NCBI GenBank assembly: GCA_964016885.1
Contig: OZ024742.1
Location: forward strand, 267,530,001-267,594,000
DNA from: Eledone cirrhosa
Lineage: Eukaryota
Direction of reading: 5' to 3'
DNA: 64,000 nt
The notes beneath the pieces were generated by a model. The model was given only the letters and a program-made list of their open reading frames with translations. It was not told the origin of the DNA and made no database searches. Position 1 is the stretch's first letter, and the number at the start of each line of letters is the position of its first letter. The position numbers and the translations under genes are program-made. This document shows positions 1-11,100 of the stretch, piece after piece.

Positions 1-227
1 CTTAAACAATTAAGTTAAAAATGTACATCCACATATGTATACTGAAATACTAGTATGCATATGAATACACACACGTGTACATATGTAGATGTACCGAGTT
101 TTTCACTGGACACTTTACTGTGAGTGTTCAGCTATTCTGTATGTAAACACACAGACAAACCGGTTTTTAGAGTCATACTGGTTTTCGAGGAAACACCTTT
201 CCTCTATTCGCCAGAAAGCCAGACAGG

Positions 228-272
228 AATATTGGACTAGTTTCGATGTTGTTACATCTCATCAGCAATATT
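228..272 (-). ncRNA. Type I hammerhead ribozyme (array copy)
   Basis: Reverse complement of AATATTG-CTGATGA-GATGT-AACA-ACATC-GAAAC-TA-GTC-CAATATT. Confidence 0.9.
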
Positions 273-692
273 TACCTATCCTCCGGCCTTTCTAGAGAAT
301 CGTAAAAGCACATATCGTTATATGCTTTTTCTATGAAAATTAGTAGTGGGCAGACTAATTTGCATAGAGCGTGAGTACGTACCGGTTCAGTGGAGACGAT
401 AAAAACAAATAACGAAACGAAATTAAATTTCGTTTCGTTTGTAACTCACTTTTGTATGACTGACGCTTAAACAATTAAGTTAAAAATGTACATCCACATA
501 TGTATACTGAAATACTAGTATGCATATGAATACACACACGTGTACATATGTAGATGTACCGAGTTTTTCACTGGACACTTTACTGTGAGTGTTCAGCTAT
601 TCTGTATGTAAACACACAGACAAACCGGTTTTTAGAGTCATACTGGTTTTCGAGGAAACACCTTTCCTCTATTCGCCAGAAAGCCAGACAGG

Positions 693-737
693 AATATTGG
701 ACTAGTTTCGATGTTGTTACATCTCATCAGCAATATT
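693..737 (-). ncRNA. Type I hammerhead ribozyme (array copy)
   Basis: Identical to 228-272, 465 bp away. Confidence 0.9.
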
Positions 738-1257
738 TACCTATCCTCCGGCCTTTCTAGAGAATCGTAAAAGCACATATCGTTATATGCTTTTTCTATG
801 AAAATTTGTAGTGGGCAGACTAATTTGCATAGAGCGTGAGTACGTACCGGTTCAGCGGAGACGATAAAAACAAGTAACGAAACGAAATTAAATTTCGTTT
901 CGTTTGTAACTCACTTTTGTATGACTGACGCTTAAACAATTAAGTTAAAAATGTACATCCACATATGTATACTGAAATACTAGTATGCATATGAATACAC
1001 ACACGTGTACATATGTAGATGTACCGAGTTTTTCACTGGACACTTTACTGTGAGTGTTCAGCTATTCTGTATGTAAACACACAGACAAACCGGTTTTTAG
1101 AGTCATACTGGTTACAACATCGAAACTGGATGTACATTTTTAACTTAATTGTTCAAGCGTCAGTCATACAAAAGTGAGTTACAAACGAAACGAAATTTAA
1201 TTTCGTTTCGTTATTTGTTTTTATCGTCTCCGCTGAACCGGTACGTACTCACGCTCT

Positions 1258-1265
1258 ATGCAAAT
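1258..1265 (+). promoter_or_regulatory. Octamer motif ATGCAAAT 100 nt upstream of the HHR core in each unit
   Basis: Exact octamer; recurs at the equivalent position in diverged relatives (12846, 13934, 59565; variant at 29823-29830, minus). Confidence 0.45.
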
Positions 1266-1350
1266 TAGTCTACCCACTACTAATTTTCATAGAAAAAGCA
1301 TATAACGATATGTGCTTTTACGATTCTCTAGAAAGGCCGGAGGATAGGTA

Positions 1351-1395
1351 AATATTGCTGATGAGATGTAACAACATCGAAACTAGTCCAATATT
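1351..1395 (+). ncRNA. Type I hammerhead ribozyme (array copy)
   Basis: Stem I AATATTG/CAATATT, core CTGATGA, stem II GATGT/ACATC, GAAA, palindromic minimal stem III ACTAGT, GUC cleavage triplet. Confidence 0.92.
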
Positions 1396-1815
1396 CCTGT
1401 CTGGCTTTCTGGCGAATAGAGGAAAGGTGTTTCCTCGAAAACCAGTATGACTCTAAAAACCGGTTTGTCTGTGTGTTTACATACAGAATAGCTGAACACT
1501 CACAGTAAAGTGTCCAGTGAAAAACTCGGTACATCTACATATGTACACGTGTGTGTATTCATATGCATACTAGTATTTCAGTATACATATGTGGATGTAC
1601 ATTTTTAACTTAATTGTTTAAGCGTCAGTCATACAAAAGTGAGTTACAAACGAAACGAAATTTAATTTCGTTTCGTTATTTGTTTTTATCGTCTCCGCTG
1701 AAACGGTACGTACTCACGCTCTATGCAAATTAGTCTACCCACTACTAATTTTCATAGAAAAAGCATATAACGATATGTGCTTTTACGATTCTCTAGAAAG
1801 GCCGGAGGATAGGTA

Positions 1816-1860
1816 AATATTGCTGATGAGATGTAACAACATCGAAACTAGTCCAATATT
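1816..1860 (+). ncRNA. Type I hammerhead ribozyme (array copy)
   Basis: Identical to 1351-1395. Confidence 0.9.
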
Positions 1861-2280
1861 CCTGTCTGGCTTTCTGGCGAATAGAGGAAAGGTGTTTCCT
1901 CGAAAACCAGTATGACTCTAAAAACCGGTTTGTCTGTGTGTTTACATACAGAATAGCTGAACACTCACAGTAAAGTGTCCAGTGAAAAACTCGGTACATC
2001 TACATATGTACACGTGTGTGTATTCATATGCATACTAGTATTTCAGTATACATATGTGGATGTACATTTTTAACTTAATTGTTTAAGCGTCAGTCATACA
2101 AAAGTGAGTTACAAACGAAACGAAATTTAATTTCGTTTCGTTATTTGTTTTTATCGTCTCCGCTGAACCGGTGCGTACTCACGCTCTATGCAAATTAGTC
2201 TGCCCACTACTAATTTTCATAGAAAAAGCATATAACGATATGTGCTTTTACGATTCTCTAGAAAGGCCGGAGGATAGGTA

Positions 2281-2325
2281 AATATTGCTGATGAGATGTA
2301 ACAACATCGAAACTAGTCCAATATT
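2281..2325 (+). ncRNA. Type I hammerhead ribozyme (array copy)
   Basis: Identical to 1351-1395. Confidence 0.9.
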
Positions 2326-2543
2326 CCTGTCTGGCTTTCTGGAGAATAGAGGAAAGGTGTTTCTTCGAAAACCAGTATGACTCTAAAAACCGGTTTGTCT
2401 GTGTGTTTACATACAGAATAGCTGAACACTCACAGTAAAGTGTCCAGTGAAAAACTCGGTACATCTACATATGTACACGTGTGTGTATTCATATGCATAC
2501 TAGTATTTCAGTATACATATGTGGATGTACATTTTTAACTTAA

Positions 2544-4058
2544 TTGTTTATATATACACACACAAACGATGAAATTAAGATTATATTAGAAGCTAGGAAA
2601 ACTATAGTCAAATTTGAGAACAGTTATTGGGTACGTAAAGATAGACCCTCTAACTTTGACATAACAATGGGCTCTAACGATTCGGCGGAAATAACTGATA
2701 TTGTGGGGTTATTTATCGCCTTTAGACTCCAGGAAAAATTCAGCAATCTCCACGGCGGAATATACCGCGACGATGTTCTCCTCCTAGCTAAAAACCTTAA
2801 TAACCAAAAACTAGAAAAACTACGCAAAGATATAAGAAAACTACTACTCGAAATAGGACTAACTATAACATATGAATACAACCTTAAAGTAGTTAACTTC
2901 CTGGATGTCACACTCAATTTAAACTCTGGTTTGATTAAACCGTTTCATAAATTGAATGAAAATCTCAAATACGTAAATGTTGGGTCTAACCACCCCATCT
3001 CTATAATTAAATCTATCCCTAAAAATATTTCCCTTAGAATCTCGGGTCTATCTTCTAACATACAAGTATTTAAGGAACACGCCGAGTACTACGATAACGC
3101 CCTTAGTAAAGCAGGCTACCTCAACAAAATAGAGTACATAGATGGGAACAATCAAAACACCCAAAATAAATCCCACATAGGTAGATATAATAACACAACA
3201 CCAAACCACACTTACTACCATAGTATGCACACCAGTAAACCAACAAACAAAACTAATAGAAAGCGATGCAAAGAGTACTTATGGTATAACCCCGAATACA
3301 ATAGCTCCATTAGTACAAATTTACCAGTACTCTTCTTTAAAATAATTAAAAGACATTTTCCCACATCACACAAATACCACAAAATCCTAAACCCTACCAC
3401 TATAAGACTGTCATACTCTACAGCGTTAAACCTTGAACAACACATAAAAAAGATCAATACTAGAAGGTTAAACGAAAACACTAAGAACTTAAGTACAAAG
3501 AACCCCCAAAAAACAGTAGACAATACACTACAGAACATAAATAAACCACACCTAAGTTCGTCCGCAATACTACTCCAGAGAAAACCCAACGTACACAACT
3601 GTAACTGCACCTATCCTGACAACTGCCCCCTCGGCAATAACTGCCTGGAAAAAAATATTATTTATAAGTGTACCATTAAATCCGGAGGCAACGAGTGGTA
3701 TTACGTGGGATCAACGGCAACATCGTTTAAATCTCGATTGTATAGGCATTCTTACTCAATAAAACACCAGAGCCAAAGAAATGTAACAACTTTAGCAGAG
3801 AAAGCTTGGACGCTCAGGGATAGCAATCAAAAGTTTACCCTAAAATGGGAAAAATTAGCTAAAACCCAAAGCTTTTCCAGGAGCCAAAATTTCTGCAAAT
3901 TGTGTAATCTTGAGATTTATTACATAATCACACACAAGAAGAAACTGCTGAATAACAGAATTGAACGAACATTATTCTGCCGTCACAGAACTAAAACCCT
4001 TTTTTTCCCACTACAAGCCGAATATTACATAAAAGAGGGACATCCCCCAACTATATAA
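2544..4058 (+). CDS. 5'-truncated Penelope-like (Naiad-type) RT plus GIY-YIG endonuclease ORF
   Basis: MGSNDS and GIYRDD RT motifs, VNFLDVTL, WYNP, CNCx5CPLx3CL finger, IIY..YVGST (GIY-YIG), CKLCNLE, CRHR. Confidence 0.92.
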   Translation: MFIYTHTNDEIKIILEARKTIVKFENSYWVRKDRPSNFDITMGSNDSAEITDIVGLFIAFRLQEKFSNLHGGIYRDDVLLLAKNLNNQKLEKLRKDIRKLLLEIGLTITYEYNLKVVNFLDVTLNLNSGLIKPFHKLNENLKYVNVGSNHPISIIKSIPKNISLRISGLSSNIQVFKEHAEYYDNALSKAGYLNKIEYIDGNNQNTQNKSHIGRYNNTTPNHTYYHSMHTSKPTNKTNRKRCKEYLWYNPEYNSSISTNLPVLFFKIIKRHFPTSHKYHKILNPTTIRLSYSTALNLEQHIKKINTRRLNENTKNLSTKNPQKTVDNTLQNINKPHLSSSAILLQRKPNVHNCNCTYPDNCPLGNNCLEKNIIYKCTIKSGGNEWYYVGSTATSFKSRLYRHSYSIKHQSQRNVTTLAEKAWTLRDSNQKFTLKWEKLAKTQSFSRSQNFCKLCNLEIYYIITHKKKLLNNRIERTLFCRHRTKTLFFPLQAEYYIKEGHPPTI

Positions 4059-4305
4059 ACCTTAATCTAGTTAGAAAAATATAAAAACAATCTCTTTTCA
4101 ACATATATTAATAACCTTAAATTACCATACTAATAATGAAAAGATATGCTGATGAGAATAGGTACAAATATGCGATAATGAATGTGTCTAAAAACGTCCA
4201 TAAGTATGTATATATATATGTGAAAATGTATATAAATAAGTAAATATATATATATATGTTTGATGTGTATAGTTAGATGTAAGTGTATTCATGTATTAAA
4301 GTGCT

Positions 4306-4354
<49 letters not shown>

Positions 4355-5141
4355 GTATGTGTATATATATATATATATGTATATATATATGTATATATAT
4401 GTATATGTATATATGTATATATATATGTGTATGTATGTATGTGTATATGGATGTGTATGTATGTGTATGTGTGTACACATGGACTAGAGTATGTATGTAT
4501 ATATGTGTGTGTCTATACGTGTGTATATATAAAGATAAGTTGAGTATGAAAATGTATACACATGAGCGCGTATGTATGTACATGAATACATGTGTGTATA
4601 TATATGTGTATGCATGTGTATATATATGTAAGTATGAATATGTGAATTGTGAGTATATGTATTTTGTAGAGGTGTGCAAATATATTTGTGTGTGAATGCG
4701 TGGGTGAAAGAATACGTACACTTGAAAGAAAAATTTAAGTCTGAATGTTAAGTGCAAACACAAAACCAACCACGCATATCTTTACTATCTCTAATCCTTC
4801 TATAGATTTAGAAAAATAACCAATAATATATTCTATAAAAAATGTCAAAACAACAGATGGGAATCTAATTAATCACTGCCACCAAGAATTCTCACTGCTA
4901 TCGAAAAACCACTCCTTCAACTATTCTTCTAACAACTTCACCCCTTCCTCCTAATATTCTCTATAAAAACTAAATAGGTCCTCAGTAATATTATTCTGAT
5001 GAAATGACAGTAAACAATAACATTGAAATATTGAATGTCTGCATAACTAAAAGTTTGTAGATAGCTGTTTTAGGTTATGTAACTGTTATAGAAACACGTG
5101 TCAATAAATTCCTTTCAACTAAACTGTATCCATTCAAATCT

Positions 5142-5145
<4 letters not shown>
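2561..5145 (+). mobile_element. Naiad-type PLE copy 1 with 3' pLTR region
   Basis: ORF above, then HHR-like motifs at 4145-4202 (degenerate) and 4991-5107, ending at (TA)n. Confidence 0.8.
4991..5107 (+). ncRNA. Hammerhead ribozyme with 88-nt extended stem II
   Basis: TTATT-CTGATGA-aATGACAGT...ACTGTTATa-GAAAC-ACGT-GTC-AATAA. Confidence 0.75.
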
Positions 5146-5210
<65 letters not shown>

Positions 5211-5379
5211 AAAAGGTAGTACAATTCTATTCAAAGCAGTGGTTATAGTGAGGAAGTGGTAAAGTGTCCAGTGAAAAACTCGGTACATCTACATATGTAC
5301 ACGTGTGTGTATTCATATGCATACTAGTATTTCAGTATACATATGTGGATGTACATTTTTAACTTAATTGTTTATATAT

Positions 5380-5522
<143 letters not shown>

Positions 5523-6147
5523 AAAAGGTAGTACAATTCTATTCAAAGCAGTGGTTATAGTGAGGAAGTGGAATTGGAAATAGCACGAAAATTATATTTA
5601 AGGATCTGTTTTTCTTTTTTGATTTCTTCTTTGATTCGGCAAAGTGGCATTGAAAAAATAAGACGAACAAATTTGTTTAATAAAAAAAGAATTTTATAAA
5701 TTATATAAAATATATAAAATATAACCATTTTTGATGTATCAGTGTAATCCATCTCATCAATGTTGAATATTACAATTAAAAAGAAGTAAAAAGAATTAAA
5801 CATTAACAATTTAAACTTAAGTATTGAAGAAGGTCTGTTTATGTTTCTTGTTGAGAAGAAGACTGGGTCTAAAATGGAACCTTATAGAGGGATAGCCATA
5901 GTAGTATTAGAAGCATTATGGCCGCACATGTGTGAAGACAGACAAGTCTGCGGGGGAAACGGTTCGTAGCTTTAAGCTGTTTTAAAGTGACCTTTTTTTG
6001 TATTTTCTTGTCATTAACGAAACTTAAGGTACACATCTTGATTTAAAGAGAGGGATACCTCTCAATATTCGGGCTTTAAGCCCGAATATTCAGATTTATT
6101 TTTAAAATCTTCGAAAAAAAAAATCGCTTCCCCACCAAAAGAAAATT

Positions 6148-8136
6148 ATGGAAATTTTCGACCTTGAAACGGTAAACAACGTTCAGGTCAAAAGTTTAAA
6201 GGCAGCCACTGCAGATTTCACAACGACTACGACGGCTACAGTCATGCCTGTCATCCACTCTACTGAATGTGAAGGCAAAACTAAAAAGCTACCATCACAA
6301 TCTTCTGGCATAGCAGCAGTATCATCTGAAAACGACATCACCACCACCGCCACCACCACCACCACCACAACAACAACAACTCAGAGCAATAACGACAAAA
6401 ACACCGACAGCTTCAATATAAACAAGGATGGCGGTGGCAACAGCAAGAATGACAACAACAATAATAAGAGCATCAGAAACACCACATTTGCTGCAGCAGC
6501 AGCAGCAGCAAAAACAAAGCGCTTATTGAATATCGATATTGATATTAGTGATAAAGACGAACAGTTAGCCAAAGCGTGGAGGCTAATTAAACGGGAGAAG
6601 TCCTGGGCAAACCTGACCATCCCGGACGAGGCAATAGCGGCCATACAAAGGAGGACGGTGCTCTTTCGATATATTTCGGTGCAGACACGAAAAGTGGAAC
6701 TTGCGAGCCAAGCAGAGGTAGAGGCTGCGTTGGAGTACATCGGAAGTAACATAGAGTACAAAGCAAGAGGCAAACAGTTCGGTACCATCTCGGTACTGTT
6801 CAAATAAATCCGAGGCCCTCGCTATTAAGCACTCGGTGATCCCTTGCAGAACGGAACGCATTATCATGCATCCGTCCTATATGGGTAAAAGGACAGTGAA
6901 GGTACGCATTCCCAGCATCCCACCAGGAATGAACATATGGTGACTGCTGGGATGCGTAATCGAGGAGGGGACAGACACCACCCTCCTGGACATCAAAAGT
7001 ACAGAGAGAGAAGACTAGTCCGGAATGGATTTGGAGATTCTTCTCCAAATGAAACCGGAGGATATAAATAACATCCCAGATTTTGCCCGCCTGCAGGACG
7101 GGACAACAATCCAACTAATAATTGACGGAAGAAGGCCACGCTGCTTCGTTTGCGGGGAAGCCACGCATCTTCAAGCCTTCTGCCCTCAGCGCAAAAATGC
7201 AGGGGGTCGCAAACCTCCTTTGTTGCCAACGCCAGTGTCAGCACGGGAAGCTGCACCACCACCACCACCAAAAACAACATCAACAAAAACACGGACACCA
7301 ACATCAAAAGCAGCCGGATCACCACCAACACCAAAACCAATCCAAGGAGAAAACGAGGAAAGCTCTCCCACTCCCCCTACCCTCCCCCAACTATATACAT
7401 AGACAAAAAAATATAAACGCACACACAGACACAGAGACACTCACAGACACAGACTCTTTGTCTTCCAGCAGCGAAGTTGAAGGAAAACCCAAAAGTGCAA
7501 AAAAACAGAGAAAACTCACACACAAAAAAAAAGCCCCTACAAAACACAAAAACACACACAACAAAAAATACAGACACCACTAACGCAGACACTTCCCCAA
7601 TAACATCAGCACCATCAGCAACATCGACACCACCTCCACAATCCCCGAAACGCAAACAACCTAAACAAACACAAGTACAAATAAACACACAAATACCTGA
7701 AATTGCAGACACCACACCTACAACAAACGTAGACATACCCGAAACAACACCACCAAAACCATCGCCACCACCTTCGCCAAAACGAAAACAAATAAAACCA
7801 CACCAACAAAATGTTAAAAACTTCGTGCTTGTCAGAAGGGCCAACGATAAGCTGATGGCCCTCTTAGCGCGAAGCGAGGACATTCAAACAGAGGGGGAGA
7901 TTTTTGAAATGAGCACACTTTGCGTGCCAGAAGATTTGCTTCTGGTCCGAATGTCACTCAATTCTTTCAAAGAAATTCGAGAGAGCTTTCATCAAGACGT
8001 GGGAAACCCGAATGTGAAACCCACATCAAGACTTTTAAAGGGGTTCCCAAAAGAAACCCCACCAACCATGGAGGTCGAACCACCCGACCTTCACAAGACC
8101 CGGGAGGTAAGTAAACCTTCCCTCTTTCTCTCTTAG
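6148..8136 (+). pseudogene. Tx1 ORF1 (gag-like, zinc knuckle), broken by stops and frameshifts
   Basis: GRRPRCFVCGEATHLQAFCP (Cx2Cx4Hx4C); Thr/Pro-rich C-terminal region. Confidence 0.8.
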
Positions 8137-8145
8137 CTTACCAAT

Positions 8146-11100
8146 ATCGCCATATTAAGAGTAGGAAGTTTAAATGTTCGCGGCCTGGGGTCACCCTGAG
8201 AACAGGGTCGCCTGCTCAACGACCTCCGGTCGCTGGAAATGGATGTGATTGCCGTAAGCGAGACCAGAATTTCCGACACGCGTGCACTAGCCCCCATTTT
8301 CGACGACTATCAGATCTTTGCATCTGTTAGCAGGCCGGGAATGGGGGTGGGGTGGCAGTGCTGTTTAGGAAAGGACTGGACTCGAGGTAAGGTCGATCTT
8401 CCGGGACCCGGACGGTAAGTTGGTGGTCTTGGATGTGAGCAGTAGCGAAGGTGGTGCCTTTAGACTGCTGGCCGCCTACGCCCCTACAGGGGCCGGACGA
8501 CCTGACTTCTTTAGGCGTCTGGAGACCTTTCTGGGTACGTCTCGCCCTTTACTGTTAGCGGGGGACTGGAATGGCATCTTAGACGCACGCTGGGATTGTG
8601 TGGGAGTAGCCGATAGGAGCGGGGGGTGCAAAAGCCTCAAGCACCTACTCAGCCAGTTCCAACTGTCTGACAGGTATCGACTAGATTTCCCCAATGTGCC
8701 AGTATGGACATGGACCAACCGAATGGGGTCATCTAGATCGTATATAGACAGAATCTTCATTAGGAAAATAGATAGAAATAGTGTGGGCTGTCCACTTTTT
8801 AAAACGGTCGCCTATTCAGATCACAAATTCGTGATCTGTACGGTCGACCTAAATAAAACGCGTAGGTTAGGACCGGGTTACTGGAAGCTGAACATGTCAT
8901 TTCCGGCACGTAAGGCTTACAGGGACCGAGTCAATAAGTTAGTTAAGCAAAAGTTGACAGGGGGGATCATCAACAACAGATGGTGGGGGGCTCTCAAAAG
9001 AGAGATTAGAGTAACTTCGATAGAGTTCAGCAAAGAACTAGCGTTAGAGAAAAATAGAAAGGAGGGGGAGCTGGTAGATAAGTTAGACGAGGCTATTTGT
9101 AGTGGCATCGCAACTGACGTGCTAGCGGCGAGAATGGCATTAGACCATTTCTTCAATGCCAAACACGAAGGTTGCATTGTCAGAGCTAGGGCGCGTGCGC
9201 TGAGAAACGAGGGAACTAAAGCTGTTCGATGGGCCCGCGTGGCGGAGGCGCAGCGTGGTAATAAAACCACAATTCGGTCTTTGGCGGACCGAGACGGACA
9301 CGAGATAAGCGATTCCAAGCGGATGTGTGAGGCCTTTCGCCAGAACTTTGCTCGGTTGTTCAGGGAGAGTGGCGGGTCAGAGAGAGTAGCGGATTTCAGT
9401 CCCTACCTTGACGGCTTGCCGCGCATCTCGACGGTCGACGCTGAGCGCTGCGAAAGGCCGATTACTTCAGCCGAAATTCAGGACGCCCTTGTCGGCTGCA
9501 TGAGGCGCAAGTCACCAGGCTTGGATGGCCTGCCCTACGAGCATTACGTAAATATGCCAGACTTGTTCTCCGAACTCCTTGAAGCACTCTACTGTAACTG
9601 GCAGCAGAATGGGAGTATTCCTAGTTCTGTGAGCAGGGGAGTGGTGACGCTGATAAGGAAAGATGAGAACAAGAGGGATACATTAGACAACTTCAGGCCC
9701 ATAACTCTGCTCAACACAGAGTTTAAGATTTTGGCCAAGGTGTTAGCAAAGAGATTGGCGCTTGTCGTCGAGGATTTGGTTGGGGAGGCGCAAACTTGCG
9801 CAATCCCAGCCAGGTCCATACATGACAATCTCCACCTCATGCGATACATCATAGAGAGAGTAGGGTGTAAACCTGGCTTCGGTGGGGCACTGATCAATTT
9901 AGATCAATCGAAAGCATTCGATAGGGTCGACCACCGGTATCTGGAGTTTGTCCTCAAAGCAGCTGGCTTCGGCCCTGTCTTTAGAAGCTGGATCGTTGCA
10001 ATGCACAGCGGCACACGCTCGGTGGTCAAAGTTAATGGCCACCTCTCGGAATCATTTCGGCTCTCCCGATCGGTCCGTCAAGGGTGCCCTCTCTCTTCCC
10101 TTCTGTACGTATTGACTCTCGAGCCTTTACTGCGGAAGCTGGAGCTGTTGCAGGGCATCCCGCTCGAACCGAGACGTGGAAAGGCGGTGTCGGCTTATGC
10201 GGACATCACCGTGATGGTGTCGAACACCTCAGAAATCGAGGTGGTCGGCACCTTATTGAAAGAATATGAAAGGTTGACAGGAGCCAAACTTAACCCGGAA
10301 AAGTCGGGGGGCTTGCAGCTCGGAACCTGGAGAGGCAAGCCCATGCCGTCCAACAGCGTCGTGGGGCGCTGGACGGACGGACCAGTAAAGTTGCTCGGGG
10401 TTTGGTTCGGACCAGACCTCCAGGTGGAAAAGAATTGGGACGAGGTAACGAGCAGAGTAGCCAGTCTCACCCAAAAATGGGCTGGGAGGAAGCTATCACT
10501 GAAAGGTCGCGCGGAGGTGGCGAATGCGTACATCGCGTCCGTCATCTATTACCGCCTAACCGTCGTGCCTTGCCCCGTCCGCGCCTCGTCAAGTTGGAAC
10601 GGCTCCTCTTCAAATTCTTGTGGAGGGGACAAGTTCCGTTGGTGAGGCGGTCCATCTGCTGCCAGCACCCTCTACACGGAGGGCTGGGCATGCCGTGGCT
10701 AATGATGCGCAGACATGCGTTGAGGCTGCGACATCTCCAGATATTCTGCTTCAATGGTGAACAGGTGTGGTCGCCGTCTATCAGACGGGCCTTTCCGCAG
10801 CTCATTTCTTTGACTGAGCTGCAGTCCTGGGTCAAGAAGAGACCGAGACTGGGTGACTGGCACCTGGAATGTTGCCAGGCACTCACTGCCCTCTACCAAG
10901 CGGGCAATGCGATCAGTGGAACTTCCACTCTCGAGTTTTATAGAGGATTAGTGGTGGGCAAGTGCGATGACGCACTCGGAGAAGCTTTGGGCCTCGACGA
11001 AGTCGATCTGACCAGTCTGTACCGGAGGACTTTTGAGCCGGGGACGATGGACAATTTCCAGAACTCCCTCGCTTGGCAGTGCTACCGGGGGGCACTGCCG

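Larger units (their letters stand above)
1..2550. repeat. 465-bp tandem array of a hammerhead-bearing non-coding unit (retrozyme-like); about 2.4 copies in one orientation (1-1113), then about 3 inverted copies (1128-2550)
   Basis: Near-identical units at 1, 466 and 931; reverse-complement copies with the same 465-bp period; one HHR per complete unit. Confidence 0.95.

Noticed and set aside
89-2464. 68-aa ORF repeated five times (MYRVFHWTLY..)
   Set aside because: Antisense to the hammerhead, no recognisable domain, and not evident in the diverged relatives; its identity reflects recent duplication
1-2550. CRISPR array or ordinary tandem pLTRs of the adjacent ORF
   Set aside because: No unique spacers or cas genes; the unit does not match the 3' end of the adjacent PLE
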